DNA of 57,238 nucleotides from a virus (taxonomy: Duplodnaviria; Caudoviricetes), in the IMG/VR virus record IMGVR_UViG_3300046167_000088, positions 1 to 57,238 of that record; one strand, 5' to 3'. Positions 1-8,217 of this stretch are shown in pieces (the first letter of the stretch is position 1; the number at the start of each line of letters is the position of its first letter). Both the position numbers and the translations under genes were made by a program. The notes beneath the pieces are model-generated. The model saw nothing but the letters and a program-made list of their open reading frames with translations. It ran no database searches and was not told the origin of the DNA.

Positions 1-20
1 TGTATGAAATAACCTACCCA

Positions 21-61
21 TGTGATCACAAAAACGATACACCCCACTAAATGTGATCACA
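21..61. promoter_or_regulatory. Two TGTGATCACA palindromes (21-30, 52-61); third copy at 57214-57223
   Basis: Exact 10-bp palindromes in non-coding DNA; binding function is inferred. Confidence 0.6.
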
Positions 62-79
62 AATTATTCCGCTGCTATA

Positions 80-139
80 GTGTTGCAATATTGTCACACC
101 TGGAGTTAAGGTCCTGGGAGTGTGACATATTTACCACAG
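80..139. promoter_or_regulatory. Two imperfect TGT-N12-ACA inverted repeats
   Basis: TGTTGCAATATTGTCACA (81-98) and TGTGACATATTTACCACA (121-138). Confidence 0.45.
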
Positions 140-163
140 CATCACCGTAATTAGGAACGCCTG

Positions 164-189
164 GAACATAACAAGAACAAACAGAGAAC
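164..189. promoter_or_regulatory. Tandem alphaproteobacterial LexA (SOS) boxes
   Basis: GAAC-ataacaa-GAAC-aaacaga-GAAC equals two overlapping GAAC-N7-GAAC boxes. Confidence 0.65.
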
Positions 190-392
190 CTTTGAGCATC
201 GGACTTTTTATGTAGTAACATAAGCAAAACGACCTACAAGCTCTCAGCGAGCTTTATTTCGCTTCTAAGCAAAAACACCCATAAAAAGCTTTATATTGTG
301 CAATTAATACAACTTTTTGCATTATTGCTATTTACATATGATTAAAACTGAAATAATGTCTCTATAATAATTAATCATTAAGGGCTTTAGCT

Positions 393-611
393 ATGACAAC
401 AACATCAAAACCATATTACGTTTTATTCGTTTACGATACTGATTTAAATCTATGGATAGATGAACATTCTGATTACACTAAAAAAGATTTATTAACTGAA
501 ATAGATTTTTCATATTACGATACTAAAAAGAAACATATCAAAATTATCAAAACTACTGATGATCAAAACGCAATCAAAACAGCATATAGAAACTTAAATA
601 AGGAGATATAA
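393..611 (+). CDS. Hypothetical early protein
   Basis: First ORF of a tightly packed + strand run. Confidence 0.75.
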   Translation: MTTTSKPYYVLFVYDTDLNLWIDEHSDYTKKDLLTEIDFSYYDTKKKHIKIIKTTDDQNAIKTAYRNLNKEI

Positions 612-613
612 AA

Positions 614-835
614 ATGGCAAATGAAACATTAAGAAACGGCGCAACCATACTAAAACGTAAAAAAGGTATGTCTAATTATTTAGATGTTATTCTTGCAATA
701 ACTGATAATAATGAATTCGTTACATGGATACAAAACCTAAATGATAAAGCTTTAGGTCATGACGGTACTTTTCACGGCGGATACTTTGGGCAAGATTTGC
801 AAAGCGCTTTAAACGATTTTAACGATAGAGGTTAA
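614..835 (+). CDS. Hypothetical early protein
   Basis: AGGAG RBS; tight packing. Confidence 0.8.
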   Translation: MANETLRNGATILKRKKGMSNYLDVILAITDNNEFVTWIQNLNDKALGHDGTFHGGYFGQDLQSALNDFNDRG

Positions 836-842
836 TAAAATA

Positions 843-1061
843 ATGAAATACAATATTACAAAACTAAACAATGGTAACTATGCGGTTGGATCATCAAAAA
901 CATATTACCCAAGTACTGAAACGCCAGATAAAAATGAAGCTTTAAAAAGCGCCTATCTAAAATCTATGTTTTGGTATCATGATAAACTTGAACAAACCTA
1001 TAATGAAGCGGTTGAAAAAGGTTTACTTGAAGAGGATGCTATGAACGACTATTTATGTTAA
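843..1061 (+). CDS. Hypothetical early protein
   Basis: GAGG RBS; tight packing. Confidence 0.75.
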   Translation: MKYNITKLNNGNYAVGSSKTYYPSTETPDKNEALKSAYLKSMFWYHDKLEQTYNEAVEKGLLEEDAMNDYLC

Positions 1062-1129
1062 TTGTAATTGTATCATCTTTATACGGTGATACTTTTAGAA
1101 TTAATTTAACTAAGAGAGAGAAACATAAA

Positions 1130-1714
1130 ATGAATAATAACATTAAATCAATTTGGAAACTTGCCACACCAAAAGAAGTTTATAATGGTGTTAAATGGTA
1201 TAGTGACGCACAATACCAAGCAAAAGAAATATCTATGAAATACGATATAAAATTATCAACTGTTGTTGGTGTAATATCTGCGCTTAGTCCGAATAATAAA
1301 TGGGATAGAAATATACAAAACGCTGATGCATTGATTAAAGCTTACCTTGACGGTGAACATATTGAGAGCGTTAAAGTTTCAACATATCACACGATGAAAG
1401 CAAAAGCGTGGTCAATACTTGATGATATGCTTTCAAGTAATGAAGACATTTTGACACGATTAAACGGTCAAAAGATTAAAAGCTTTTATGAATGCATAAT
1501 GGGTTTTGATGCATGTTGTATTGATGGTCATGCTTTAAATATCTGGCGTGGGGAAAGATTTGGCCTAACATCAGACAAAACTAATATAGGTAAAAAACTA
1601 TATGCAGAAATACAAAATGATTACGTTAACACGGCTAATGAATTAGGTTTAAAAGCTTATGAATTGCAAGCTATTACGTGGGTAGCTTGGCGTCGAATTC
1701 ATGAAATAGCATAA
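1130..1714 (+). CDS. Conserved phage early protein, HhH-GPD glycosylase-like (DUF7178-like)
   Basis: G..WY, ALSP...W..N, K..SFY, IDGHA and QAITW motifs; start moved to ATG 1130. Confidence 0.65.
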   Translation: MNNNIKSIWKLATPKEVYNGVKWYSDAQYQAKEISMKYDIKLSTVVGVISALSPNNKWDRNIQNADALIKAYLDGEHIESVKVSTYHTMKAKAWSILDDMLSSNEDILTRLNGQKIKSFYECIMGFDACCIDGHALNIWRGERFGLTSDKTNIGKKLYAEIQNDYVNTANELGLKAYELQAITWVAWRRIHEIA

Positions 1715-1715
1715 T

Positions 1716-1784
1716 ATGAATACTACTATCATAATAGCAATTATATTTATTGCGCTAATAATAACTATTGAGAGAGAGAAATAA
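1716..1784 (+). CDS. 22-aa hydrophobic micropeptide
   Basis: MNTTIIIAIIFIALIITIEREK; fills the gap between neighbours; not in the ORF track. Confidence 0.35.
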   Translation: MNTTIIIAIIFIALIITIEREK

Positions 1785-1785
1785 A

Positions 1786-2037
1786 ATGAAAACTAAAATG
1801 AGATATAGTAAACAACGAAATGAGTTACAGTTTTATGATAAAAGTATAGCCATAAAAGCTTTTAAAAATGGCTACGATGTATACGCCACAAAAGGTTTAA
1901 GTACTAGTTTAGATGTTGATGATTTTAAACTTACTAGCATTGATGCTATTATTGATGTGGAAAAAGCTTTGTTTGTTATACCAATATGTCTTAATGATTT
2001 ATCCGATTTTGGTTTATTAAATATGGAGGCGTTATAA
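1786..2037 (+). CDS. Hypothetical early protein
   Basis: ATG after GAGAGAGAAA motif; stop overlaps next start. Confidence 0.75.
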   Translation: MKTKMRYSKQRNELQFYDKSIAIKAFKNGYDVYATKGLSTSLDVDDFKLTSIDAIIDVEKALFVIPICLNDLSDFGLLNMEAL

Positions 2038-2483
2038 TGGATTGGAAAACATATATTACTGATTTAGATATTCCTAACGATTGGAAAAATACTAGCTATC
2101 ATCATGACGAGTTGCCAAGCTATCAAGTAAACGGTTTGCATATTTGGATTGATAGCCACGACCCAAAAGTAAGGACGGCAAACGCTAACAATATTATAGG
2201 ATTAGATCAAGGTTTCATGCCTAGATTTACAGTTCAAACCGCTAACAGCTATAACGGTTGTGATGATGATCACACATGGATTTTTGAGACTGATAGTTTT
2301 GATAAGTTACTTGAATTTGTAGATAGCAAAAAACAATGGGCAATACTTAAAGACGGTATTTGGATTACTGATCCATATTACGATGAGACGGGCAGGTTTT
2401 TTGTCGATCCTATTGAGTATTATGGATTAACTAAAAAAGATTTAAATGAATATGGTTTAATAAATGAGGAGAACTTAAAATGA
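2037..2483 (+). CDS. Hypothetical early protein
   Basis: GGAGG RBS; TAATG coupling. Confidence 0.8.
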   Translation: MDWKTYITDLDIPNDWKNTSYHHDELPSYQVNGLHIWIDSHDPKVRTANANNIIGLDQGFMPRFTVQTANSYNGCDDDHTWIFETDSFDKLLEFVDSKKQWAILKDGIWITDPYYDETGRFFVDPIEYYGLTKKDLNEYGLINEENLK

Positions 2484-3678
2484 ATGTATTATCATTATTT
2501 GACGGTATGTCTTGCGGTCAATTAGCATTAGACAAGCTTGGCATAAAACCCACAAACTATTTCGCTAGTGAGATAGATAAATTCGCTATCCAAGTGGCTA
2601 AGAAAAACTTTCCTAATACTATTCATTTAGGAGATGTAACCCAAGTTGCAAACAAGCGGTGATCATTTACTTGATGAATTTGAGTGTGGACATAAGATCG
2701 ATTTACTTATCGGTGGCTCACCTTGTCAGGGATTTTCGTATTCTGGAAAAAGACTTAATTTTGATGATCCTAGGTCAAAGCTATTTTTTGAATATGTTAG
2801 GCTATTGAAAGAGCTTAAGCCCAAATACTTTTTACTTGAGAATGTGCGAATGGCAAAAGCTAGTCAGGATATTATTAGCGAATACTTAGGTGTAGAACCG
2901 ATTGTAATTAATAGTAATCTTGTAAGCGCTCAGAATAGACATAGACTGTATTGGACAAACATTCCTAATGTGACGCAACCAAAAGACAAAGGAATAGTTT
3001 TGAGAGACGTTCTAGAAGATTATGACGCTATCGGAGATGAACATTTTCATTCAGATAAAGCCATTCAATATATGGAGCGTGGCAATAAAAAGTGGATGCA
3101 AGCAGGTTCTAGACGTGCTGACAGATACACACAAAGCCCAGATAAACAGAAAGCTTTTACACTTACGGCAAACTTTCATAAAGGCGTACCATACAATTAC
3201 TTTGATGATACAAGAGCTACATCTAATGCGACTACAGGTTTAATACTTGAAGGCCATGCAACCAATTTAAAGGGGCATGACTACGTTAAGCGTATTTATT
3301 CACCTGATGGTAAAGCTCCAAGCTTATGCGCATCTAGCGGTGGTAATTTAGAGCCTAAGATATCTGTTAAGGGCGCTCGTATAGTCAACAGACGTTTAGA
3401 TGAAAAATGGAACACGTAAAGATAATGATACGAGTATACCATTACAGGCTCAAATTGAAGTTAGAGCTGATGATATCTCTAATTGCTTAACAACAGTTCA
3501 AAAGGATAGCATTGTAGTAAAAGATAAGAGATGGCGCAAGCTAACACCATTAGAGTGTGAACGTCTTCAGACAGTTCCAGATAATTATACTGCAGGAGTG
3601 AGCAACACCCAAAGATTTAGAATGTTAGGGAATGGTTGGACAGTAGACATAATTTCACACATATTGAAAGGAATATAA
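2480..3678 (+). CDS. C5 cytosine DNA methyltransferase, split by two 1-bp insertions (near 2648 and 3405)
   Basis: LSLFDG, GSPCQG, ENV, QNRHR, LTPLECERLQ and GNGW motifs in order across three ORFs. Confidence 0.9.
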
Positions 3679-3679
3679 T

Positions 3680-3859
3680 ATGACTAAACGAACTAAAAAT
3701 GATGAGGTTAAGTTTACCTATTTAGGTGATGTAAACAATCCTGATACTATCTATGAGGAGCATTCACTTCTAACATTAGATGGGCAGAGATACCAATGCT
3801 ATATAGATAATACCCATGAGGTATTCCCTAAAACTTTTGAAGAATGGTTAAGGAGTTAA
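3680..3859 (+). CDS. Hypothetical protein (59 aa)
   Basis: MTKRTKNDEVKF...FEEWLRS; AAAGGA RBS; not in the ORF track. Confidence 0.65.
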   Translation: MTKRTKNDEVKFTYLGDVNNPDTIYEEHSLLTLDGQRYQCYIDNTHEVFPKTFEEWLRS

Positions 3860-3863
3860 GCCA

Positions 3864-4049
3864 ATGTTAATAGAACGTAAATCAATACTATCAGGCAATG
3901 TAAATGTTATGGATATAGATGTAACACCTGAACAAATTTCATCTTGGGAGAATGGCCTACTGGTACAAACAGCCATGCCTGATCTATCACCTGATGAACG
4001 TGAGTTTATAATGACAGGTATAACACCTAATGAATGGGAAGGAATGTAA
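3864..4049 (+). CDS. Conserved small phage protein
   Basis: AGGAG RBS; P.LS.DEREF.MTG.T..EW motif. Confidence 0.8.
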   Translation: MLIERKSILSGNVNVMDIDVTPEQISSWENGLLVQTAMPDLSPDEREFIMTGITPNEWEGM

Positions 4050-4052
4050 CTA

Positions 4053-4154
4053 ATGAGAGCAATACTAAATAAGCTATGCTGTTGGTGCAGGGAGTGGGAC
4101 AGTTCTGAACCCTGCTGTTGGTGTAATGATGAAGGAGATGATCATGACAATTAG
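4053..4154 (+). CDS. 33-aa Cys-rich peptide with two CCWC motifs
   Basis: MRAILNKLCCWCREWDSSEPCCWCNDEGDDHDN; GGAAGG upstream. Confidence 0.5.
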   Translation: MRAILNKLCCWCREWDSSEPCCWCNDEGDDHDN

Positions 4155-4317
4155 AGAGCTAGAATATCTTCTTTTTCAGGCACAACAGTTTCACAATCAA
4201 GATGAACTTATATGTATATACAATCAAGAAACAGGTGAACGTATAGACATAGAATATGTAGATGATACGATTAAGGGTGAAATACGATTAAATGTAAAAG
4301 GATTAACAAATGACTAA
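4144..4317 (+). CDS. Hypothetical protein
   Basis: AAGGAG RBS before ATG 4144. Confidence 0.7.
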   Translation: MTIRELEYLLFQAQQFHNQDELICIYNQETGERIDIEYVDDTIKGEIRLNVKGLTND

Positions 4318-4468
4318 CAAATATTTTAATGTAGATAGATTTAAACAAGACGAACAGAGAAAGGAAAGACTAATGAATGCACTTGTATGGGCTGTATTAG
4401 GCTTCGCAGCAATAGGCGTACTATCGACGTTTAGCCTAGTTTTAACTTTAGTATGGGGGGCGGTGTAA
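4310..4468 (+). CDS. 52-aa single-pass membrane protein
   Basis: C-terminal hydrophobic helix ALVWAVLGFAAIGVLSTFSLVLTLVWGAV; AAAGGA RBS. Confidence 0.65.
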   Translation: MTNKYFNVDRFKQDEQRKERLMNALVWAVLGFAAIGVLSTFSLVLTLVWGAV

Positions 4469-4677
4469 TGGCTAATAAAAGAAGCTTAGAAGTTATATGG
4501 GATGCCTTGCACGAATGGCAGGACATACACGAAGGACGCAATGCAGTAGGTGCAGAAACTTATGAGGAAAGGTGGGACGATATCTGTACCGCTATGGCAT
4601 GGATTAAAGAAGACTTAGAAGACATACAATATGCGAATAAATACAACATGACACAAACTGAAAAGGAAACAATATAA
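4468..4677 (+). CDS. Hypothetical protein
   Basis: TAATG coupling at both ends. Confidence 0.75.
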   Translation: MANKRSLEVIWDALHEWQDIHEGRNAVGAETYEERWDDICTAMAWIKEDLEDIQYANKYNMTQTEKETI

Positions 4678-4913
4678 TGCTTAACATAAATCAAATTAAA
4701 CCGTCTCAAGAAAAACTAATCTTGGCGCACTTACGTAAAACATCAGGTATCACCGTAAGGGAAGCTATGGTTGAATACAGCGTCAATAGCTTAACCAAAC
4801 AGATATCAAGGCTACGCAGCAAAGGCCACAATATCATATCAACATGGCGTAGCCACCCTATTACAGGCCAACGCTATACAAGGTACACATTATTAGAAGA
4901 AAGTGAGGTATAG
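4677..4913 (+). CDS. Winged helix-turn-helix DNA-binding protein
   Basis: SQ...IL.HL....IT..EA......L...IS.LR..G..I...RY pattern. Confidence 0.75.
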   Translation: MLNINQIKPSQEKLILAHLRKTSGITVREAMVEYSVNSLTKQISRLRSKGHNIISTWRSHPITGQRYTRYTLLEESEV

Positions 4914-4914
4914 T

Positions 4915-5142
4915 ATGCCAAAAGATTATCATCAAATCAGAATTAAGAAGCAGTTAAAAACTAAGAAAGTTTTAAAACAAATGTCTGCTGAACAGAGAGA
5001 AGCAATATCAGAGATACAAGGAAGTGTAGCTCAATGTATAAACATGATCAAAGAATGTAATGACTTGTACATGAGTGACATATCCAAGCTAGAACTTTCT
5101 TACCATAACCTAATATGGGCATTCGAAGTGGATGATGTATGA
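4915..5142 (+). CDS. Hypothetical protein
   Basis: GAGGT RBS before ATG 4915. Confidence 0.7.
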   Translation: MPKDYHQIRIKKQLKTKKVLKQMSAEQREAISEIQGSVAQCINMIKECNDLYMSDISKLELSYHNLIWAFEVDDV

Positions 5143-5291
5143 GTGTATGCGGAGAGATAGAATATTGTGAGGAGCAGATAGAGCAACTACGTGAAGATTT
5201 AGATGAACTCTATCTGCTTAAAATGCACAAACTGGCTACCCTACTTAGAATTAAACAAAGGTTAGCTAAACTAAAAGGAATACATGAATAG
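5139..5291 (+). CDS. 50-aa coiled-coil protein
   Basis: MSVCGEIEYCEEQIEQLRED...; overlaps both neighbours; not in the ORF track. Confidence 0.6.
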   Translation: MSVCGEIEYCEEQIEQLREDLDELYLLKMHKLATLLRIKQRLAKLKGIHE

Positions 5292-5473
5292 TGTCAGAAT
5301 TAAAACCAATCTTTTATTGCCCTGAATGTTTAAGTAGGGGTGATAAGAACAAACTTAAAGTAACAGACACAAAGGAATACTTTGCATTAGGCTTCCCTAG
5401 TATTAGGAGACGCAAGAAGTGTTTAACGTGTGACTTTAAAATCTTTACAATAGAAATGGAATTGACAGAATGA
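5291..5473 (+). CDS. NrdR-N-terminal-like zinc-ribbon protein
   Basis: CPEC...KVTDT...IRRRKKCLTC....T.E. Confidence 0.7.
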   Translation: MSELKPIFYCPECLSRGDKNKLKVTDTKEYFALGFPSIRRRKKCLTCDFKIFTIEMELTE

Positions 5474-5628
5474 TTAACAGATACGTAGTAAATACAATTA
5501 GTGACAAGTCGGGTGAGCTTGTATGCTATGAGACTTGCCGAACAAAAGAAGAAGCATTGAGGGTAGTTAAACGCTACGCAGCATTAAAAGGATTAACAAA
5601 TAAAATAGAGGACAGACAACATGATTGA
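5470..5628 (+). CDS. Hypothetical protein (52 aa)
   Basis: ATGA coupling; not in the ORF track. Confidence 0.6.
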   Translation: MINRYVVNTISDKSGELVCYETCRTKEEALRVVKRYAALKGLTNKIEDRQHD

Positions 5629-5884
5629 TATAGAGCGTGAGAAATACTTTGTAATGTCTATACGTAAGTTAAAGCCAAGCAGTGTAGGCCACCCAAGGTT
5701 TAAACTAAATGTTGTAGACAAGGACGGTAACGAAAAGATACTACATACTCGCAGAGATAGATCGTGGGTCTACAAGATTGATAAGTCTTGGGAGAAACGT
5801 ATGATTGATGGCGTTGTGAGTGATAGTGTAAAGAGAAACTACACTCTGGAACAAGCAACCATAGCTGAAACATTTGAGTTTTAG
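5621..5884 (+). CDS. Hypothetical protein
   Basis: GAGG RBS; tight packing. Confidence 0.7.
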   Translation: MIDIEREKYFVMSIRKLKPSSVGHPRFKLNVVDKDGNEKILHTRRDRSWVYKIDKSWEKRMIDGVVSDSVKRNYTLEQATIAETFEF

Positions 5885-5885
5885 T

Positions 5886-5990
5886 ATGAGCCAAGATGGA
5901 GATACACTAGGCGCTATACTTAGAATTATAGTTTGGCTATTCTTATCATGGCCTATCGTTTACATGATGTACACTTACATAGCTAATTGA
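5886..5990 (+). CDS. 34-aa membrane peptide
   Basis: MSQDGDTLGAILRIIVWLFLSWPIVYMMYTYIAN. Confidence 0.45.
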   Translation: MSQDGDTLGAILRIIVWLFLSWPIVYMMYTYIAN

Positions 5991-6004
5991 GAGAGAGAAA
6001 CAAT

Positions 6005-6922
6005 ATGAAACAAAAGATCCCCAAGCAATCTGCTAAACTCCTGGAGATAGCTGAATTTTATCTTAACTCTGAGCCATTCAAAAGACTTAAGAGAAAGACG
6101 CAGAGAGACTACGAAGGCCACCTATCAGCCATTGTCAATACAGTAGTAGAAGGCAGAGCGCTTGGGGTTTACCATAACAAGAACATCAAGGTTAGACACT
6201 TGACTGCTGCCTACGAGCAGTGGTTACAGTCTGGTGTTCGTAATGCAAACTATCGCAAGAGTGTCTTATCTACCTGTTGGAAGCACTCAATGCGCTATGA
6301 TGTAATGATTCATGATCCCGTAGCTTTAGTTCAGACACAAAAGACGGACAGACGTACCGTGATGTGGACGAGAGAGTACGTTAAACGCTTCTTAGATGAG
6401 GCATATGCTGACTTTGACTACCGAAGCATAGGTTTAATCGTACACATGGCATACGAATGGGGGCAACGTGTAGGCGATATGCGCCTGTTAAAATGGGAAT
6501 GTCTGGACCTGTCAGAGTGTCGCTTGGATATTAAACAAAGTAAGCGAGGTGCAGAAGTTCACCTACCCATAAGTAAGAATTTGTGTCAGATGTTACAGGC
6601 GCAGCAGAAAGATTTTGGCTTCCAAGAATATGTAGCACCAAGAGTCAAGCCCAGGTCTGGAGCATTTACGCCTTATGATTTAGAGGAAATATCCCCTAGT
6701 ATCAATAGGTTACTAGACAAAGCTAATCTACCAAAAGAGCTTACAGCTATGGATTTGAGGCGTACTGCTGTGACTGAGATGCTCGAAGCAGGTGTTGACA
6801 TTGCAGGAATACGTCAAGTAACTGGACACAAGAATATGCAGAGTGTTGTGCCATACATGGTCAATACATTTAGTGGAGCAAGTAAAGCTCTATCAGCGAG
6901 AGGGAATGATGAAGATGAGTAA
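6005..6922 (+). CDS. int: Tyrosine recombinase/integrase
   Basis: GQRVGD (R), QSK (K), DLRRTA, GH and VPY (Y) catalytic motifs. Confidence 0.9.
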   Translation: MKQKIPKQSAKLLEIAEFYLNSEPFKRLKRKTQRDYEGHLSAIVNTVVEGRALGVYHNKNIKVRHLTAAYEQWLQSGVRNANYRKSVLSTCWKHSMRYDVMIHDPVALVQTQKTDRRTVMWTREYVKRFLDEAYADFDYRSIGLIVHMAYEWGQRVGDMRLLKWECLDLSECRLDIKQSKRGAEVHLPISKNLCQMLQAQQKDFGFQEYVAPRVKPRSGAFTPYDLEEISPSINRLLDKANLPKELTAMDLRRTAVTEMLEAGVDIAGIRQVTGHKNMQSVVPYMVNTFSGASKALSARGNDEDE

Positions 6923-7418
6923 GCGCAGAAAAAGATGTGAATCGTGCAAAGTCTTAACAGACTATAGAGAAGCACATCATATAGTACCTGTATCTTTAGG
7001 GGGGTCAGATGAAAAGTCTAATATAATTAGACTGTGTGTTGACTGTCATGGGAAAGCCCACAATGCACAGTTTACTAGAAAAAAAGGAGTAGTCAGTAAT
7101 GGTCAACAAAAAGCTAAAGATAGACATAATTTTTTTCACTCTTTTGACGATAATCTTTGGATAAAATTTTTGCAGGAAATTGAGGGTATAGATACAGACT
7201 ACTATAATTTTATACATGGTGGTCTAATGACAGGTATATTATCGTCTTCCGACATGGTTAGGATAATATTTCCTGAGCATAGAACTCGTAAAAATGTTTC
7301 AATAAATATACCCCATAGATTAATGCATCTTTGTAATGAGATTTTTACTGAGCAAAAAGAAGCTTGGGAAAGAGATAAGAATATGACAAGTGAACTAGAG
7401 TTGCATGGGTGTATATAG
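6915..7418 (+). CDS. HNH endonuclease
   Basis: CESC...HHIVPVSLGG...N...LC..CH...H. Confidence 0.85.
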   Translation: MSKRRKRCESCKVLTDYREAHHIVPVSLGGSDEKSNIIRLCVDCHGKAHNAQFTRKKGVVSNGQQKAKDRHNFFHSFDDNLWIKFLQEIEGIDTDYYNFIHGGLMTGILSSSDMVRIIFPEHRTRKNVSINIPHRLMHLCNEIFTEQKEAWERDKNMTSELELHGCI

Positions 7419-7434
7419 AAGGAGATCATAGCAG

Positions 7435-8217
7435 ATGAACATTAGAGGTTACTTAGATAGTCTCAACCTAAGAGATGAAGAGTTTATTCGCAGAGACTGT
7501 CCATCCTGTAGTGGCAAGAATACTTTCACTGCTACGAAAGAGATGGGTCAGATCAAGTATAACTGTTACAAGTTAGACTGTAACATAGGTGGCTACCATA
7601 ATGTAGACCTGACTGCTGCGGAGATAAAGCAACTGCTTTCAATAAGAGAAACACCAAGGGAAATGGAGAAAGAGACAATGGAGATACCCGAATATGTAGT
7701 ACAGCCCAGCGCTGAGCATGATAAGTTTCATAAGTTTGTAGCGAGGTGGGGCATTGGCGACACTAGACTACTCTATGACGTTAAAGATGAACGTGTTGTA
7801 TTCCCTATCTATCACTCAGGGCGTATCATTGATGCTAATGGACGTTCAGTAGGCAACAAACAGCCTAAGTGGTACAGATACACTGGCAAGGGTGATTACT
7901 TCTTTAAGCATGGCACTAACTCAACCCTAATTATAGTTGAGGATTGTGTGTCTGCATTGGTGTTATGCCAGGAGTTACCCCATGTAAATGCTATGGCTAT
8001 CCTTGGAACGTCTCTAACAGACAAGCATATGGAGAAAATCGCAGAGTATGACAACATTATTGTAGCACTAGATCCAGATGCAGCACACAAGACTTTGCAG
8101 TTTAGTAGAGAGATACACTTATGGACAGGTGCTAAGACTATTGCTTTTAACCTTGACGATGATATCAAGTATAAGATAGACAATGACATTGAGAGACTTA
8201 AGGAGATAGCACAATGA
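7435..8217 (+). CDS. DNA primase (zinc finger plus TOPRIM)
   Basis: CPSC...C...C zinc motif; IVED, LGT and ALDPD TOPRIM motifs. Confidence 0.9.
   Translation: MNIRGYLDSLNLRDEEFIRRDCPSCSGKNTFTATKEMGQIKYNCYKLDCNIGGYHNVDLTAAEIKQLLSIRETPREMEKETMEIPEYVVQPSAEHDKFHKFVARWGIGDTRLLYDVKDERVVFPIYHSGRIIDANGRSVGNKQPKWYRYTGKGDYFFKHGTNSTLIIVEDCVSALVLCQELPHVNAMAILGTSLTDKHMEKIAEYDNIIVALDPDAAHKTLQFSREIHLWTGAKTIAFNLDDDIKYKIDNDIERLKEIAQ

Noticed and set aside
195-211. GAGCATCGGACTTTTTA resembling part of a tRNA-Lys arm (possible attP)
   Set aside because: Too short; no cloverleaf or 3' tRNA end; needs a host genome to test
2480-3678. Three-subunit or phase-variable methyltransferase
   Set aside because: Removing one base at each junction gives one normal C5 MTase; there is no long homopolymer or repeat tract
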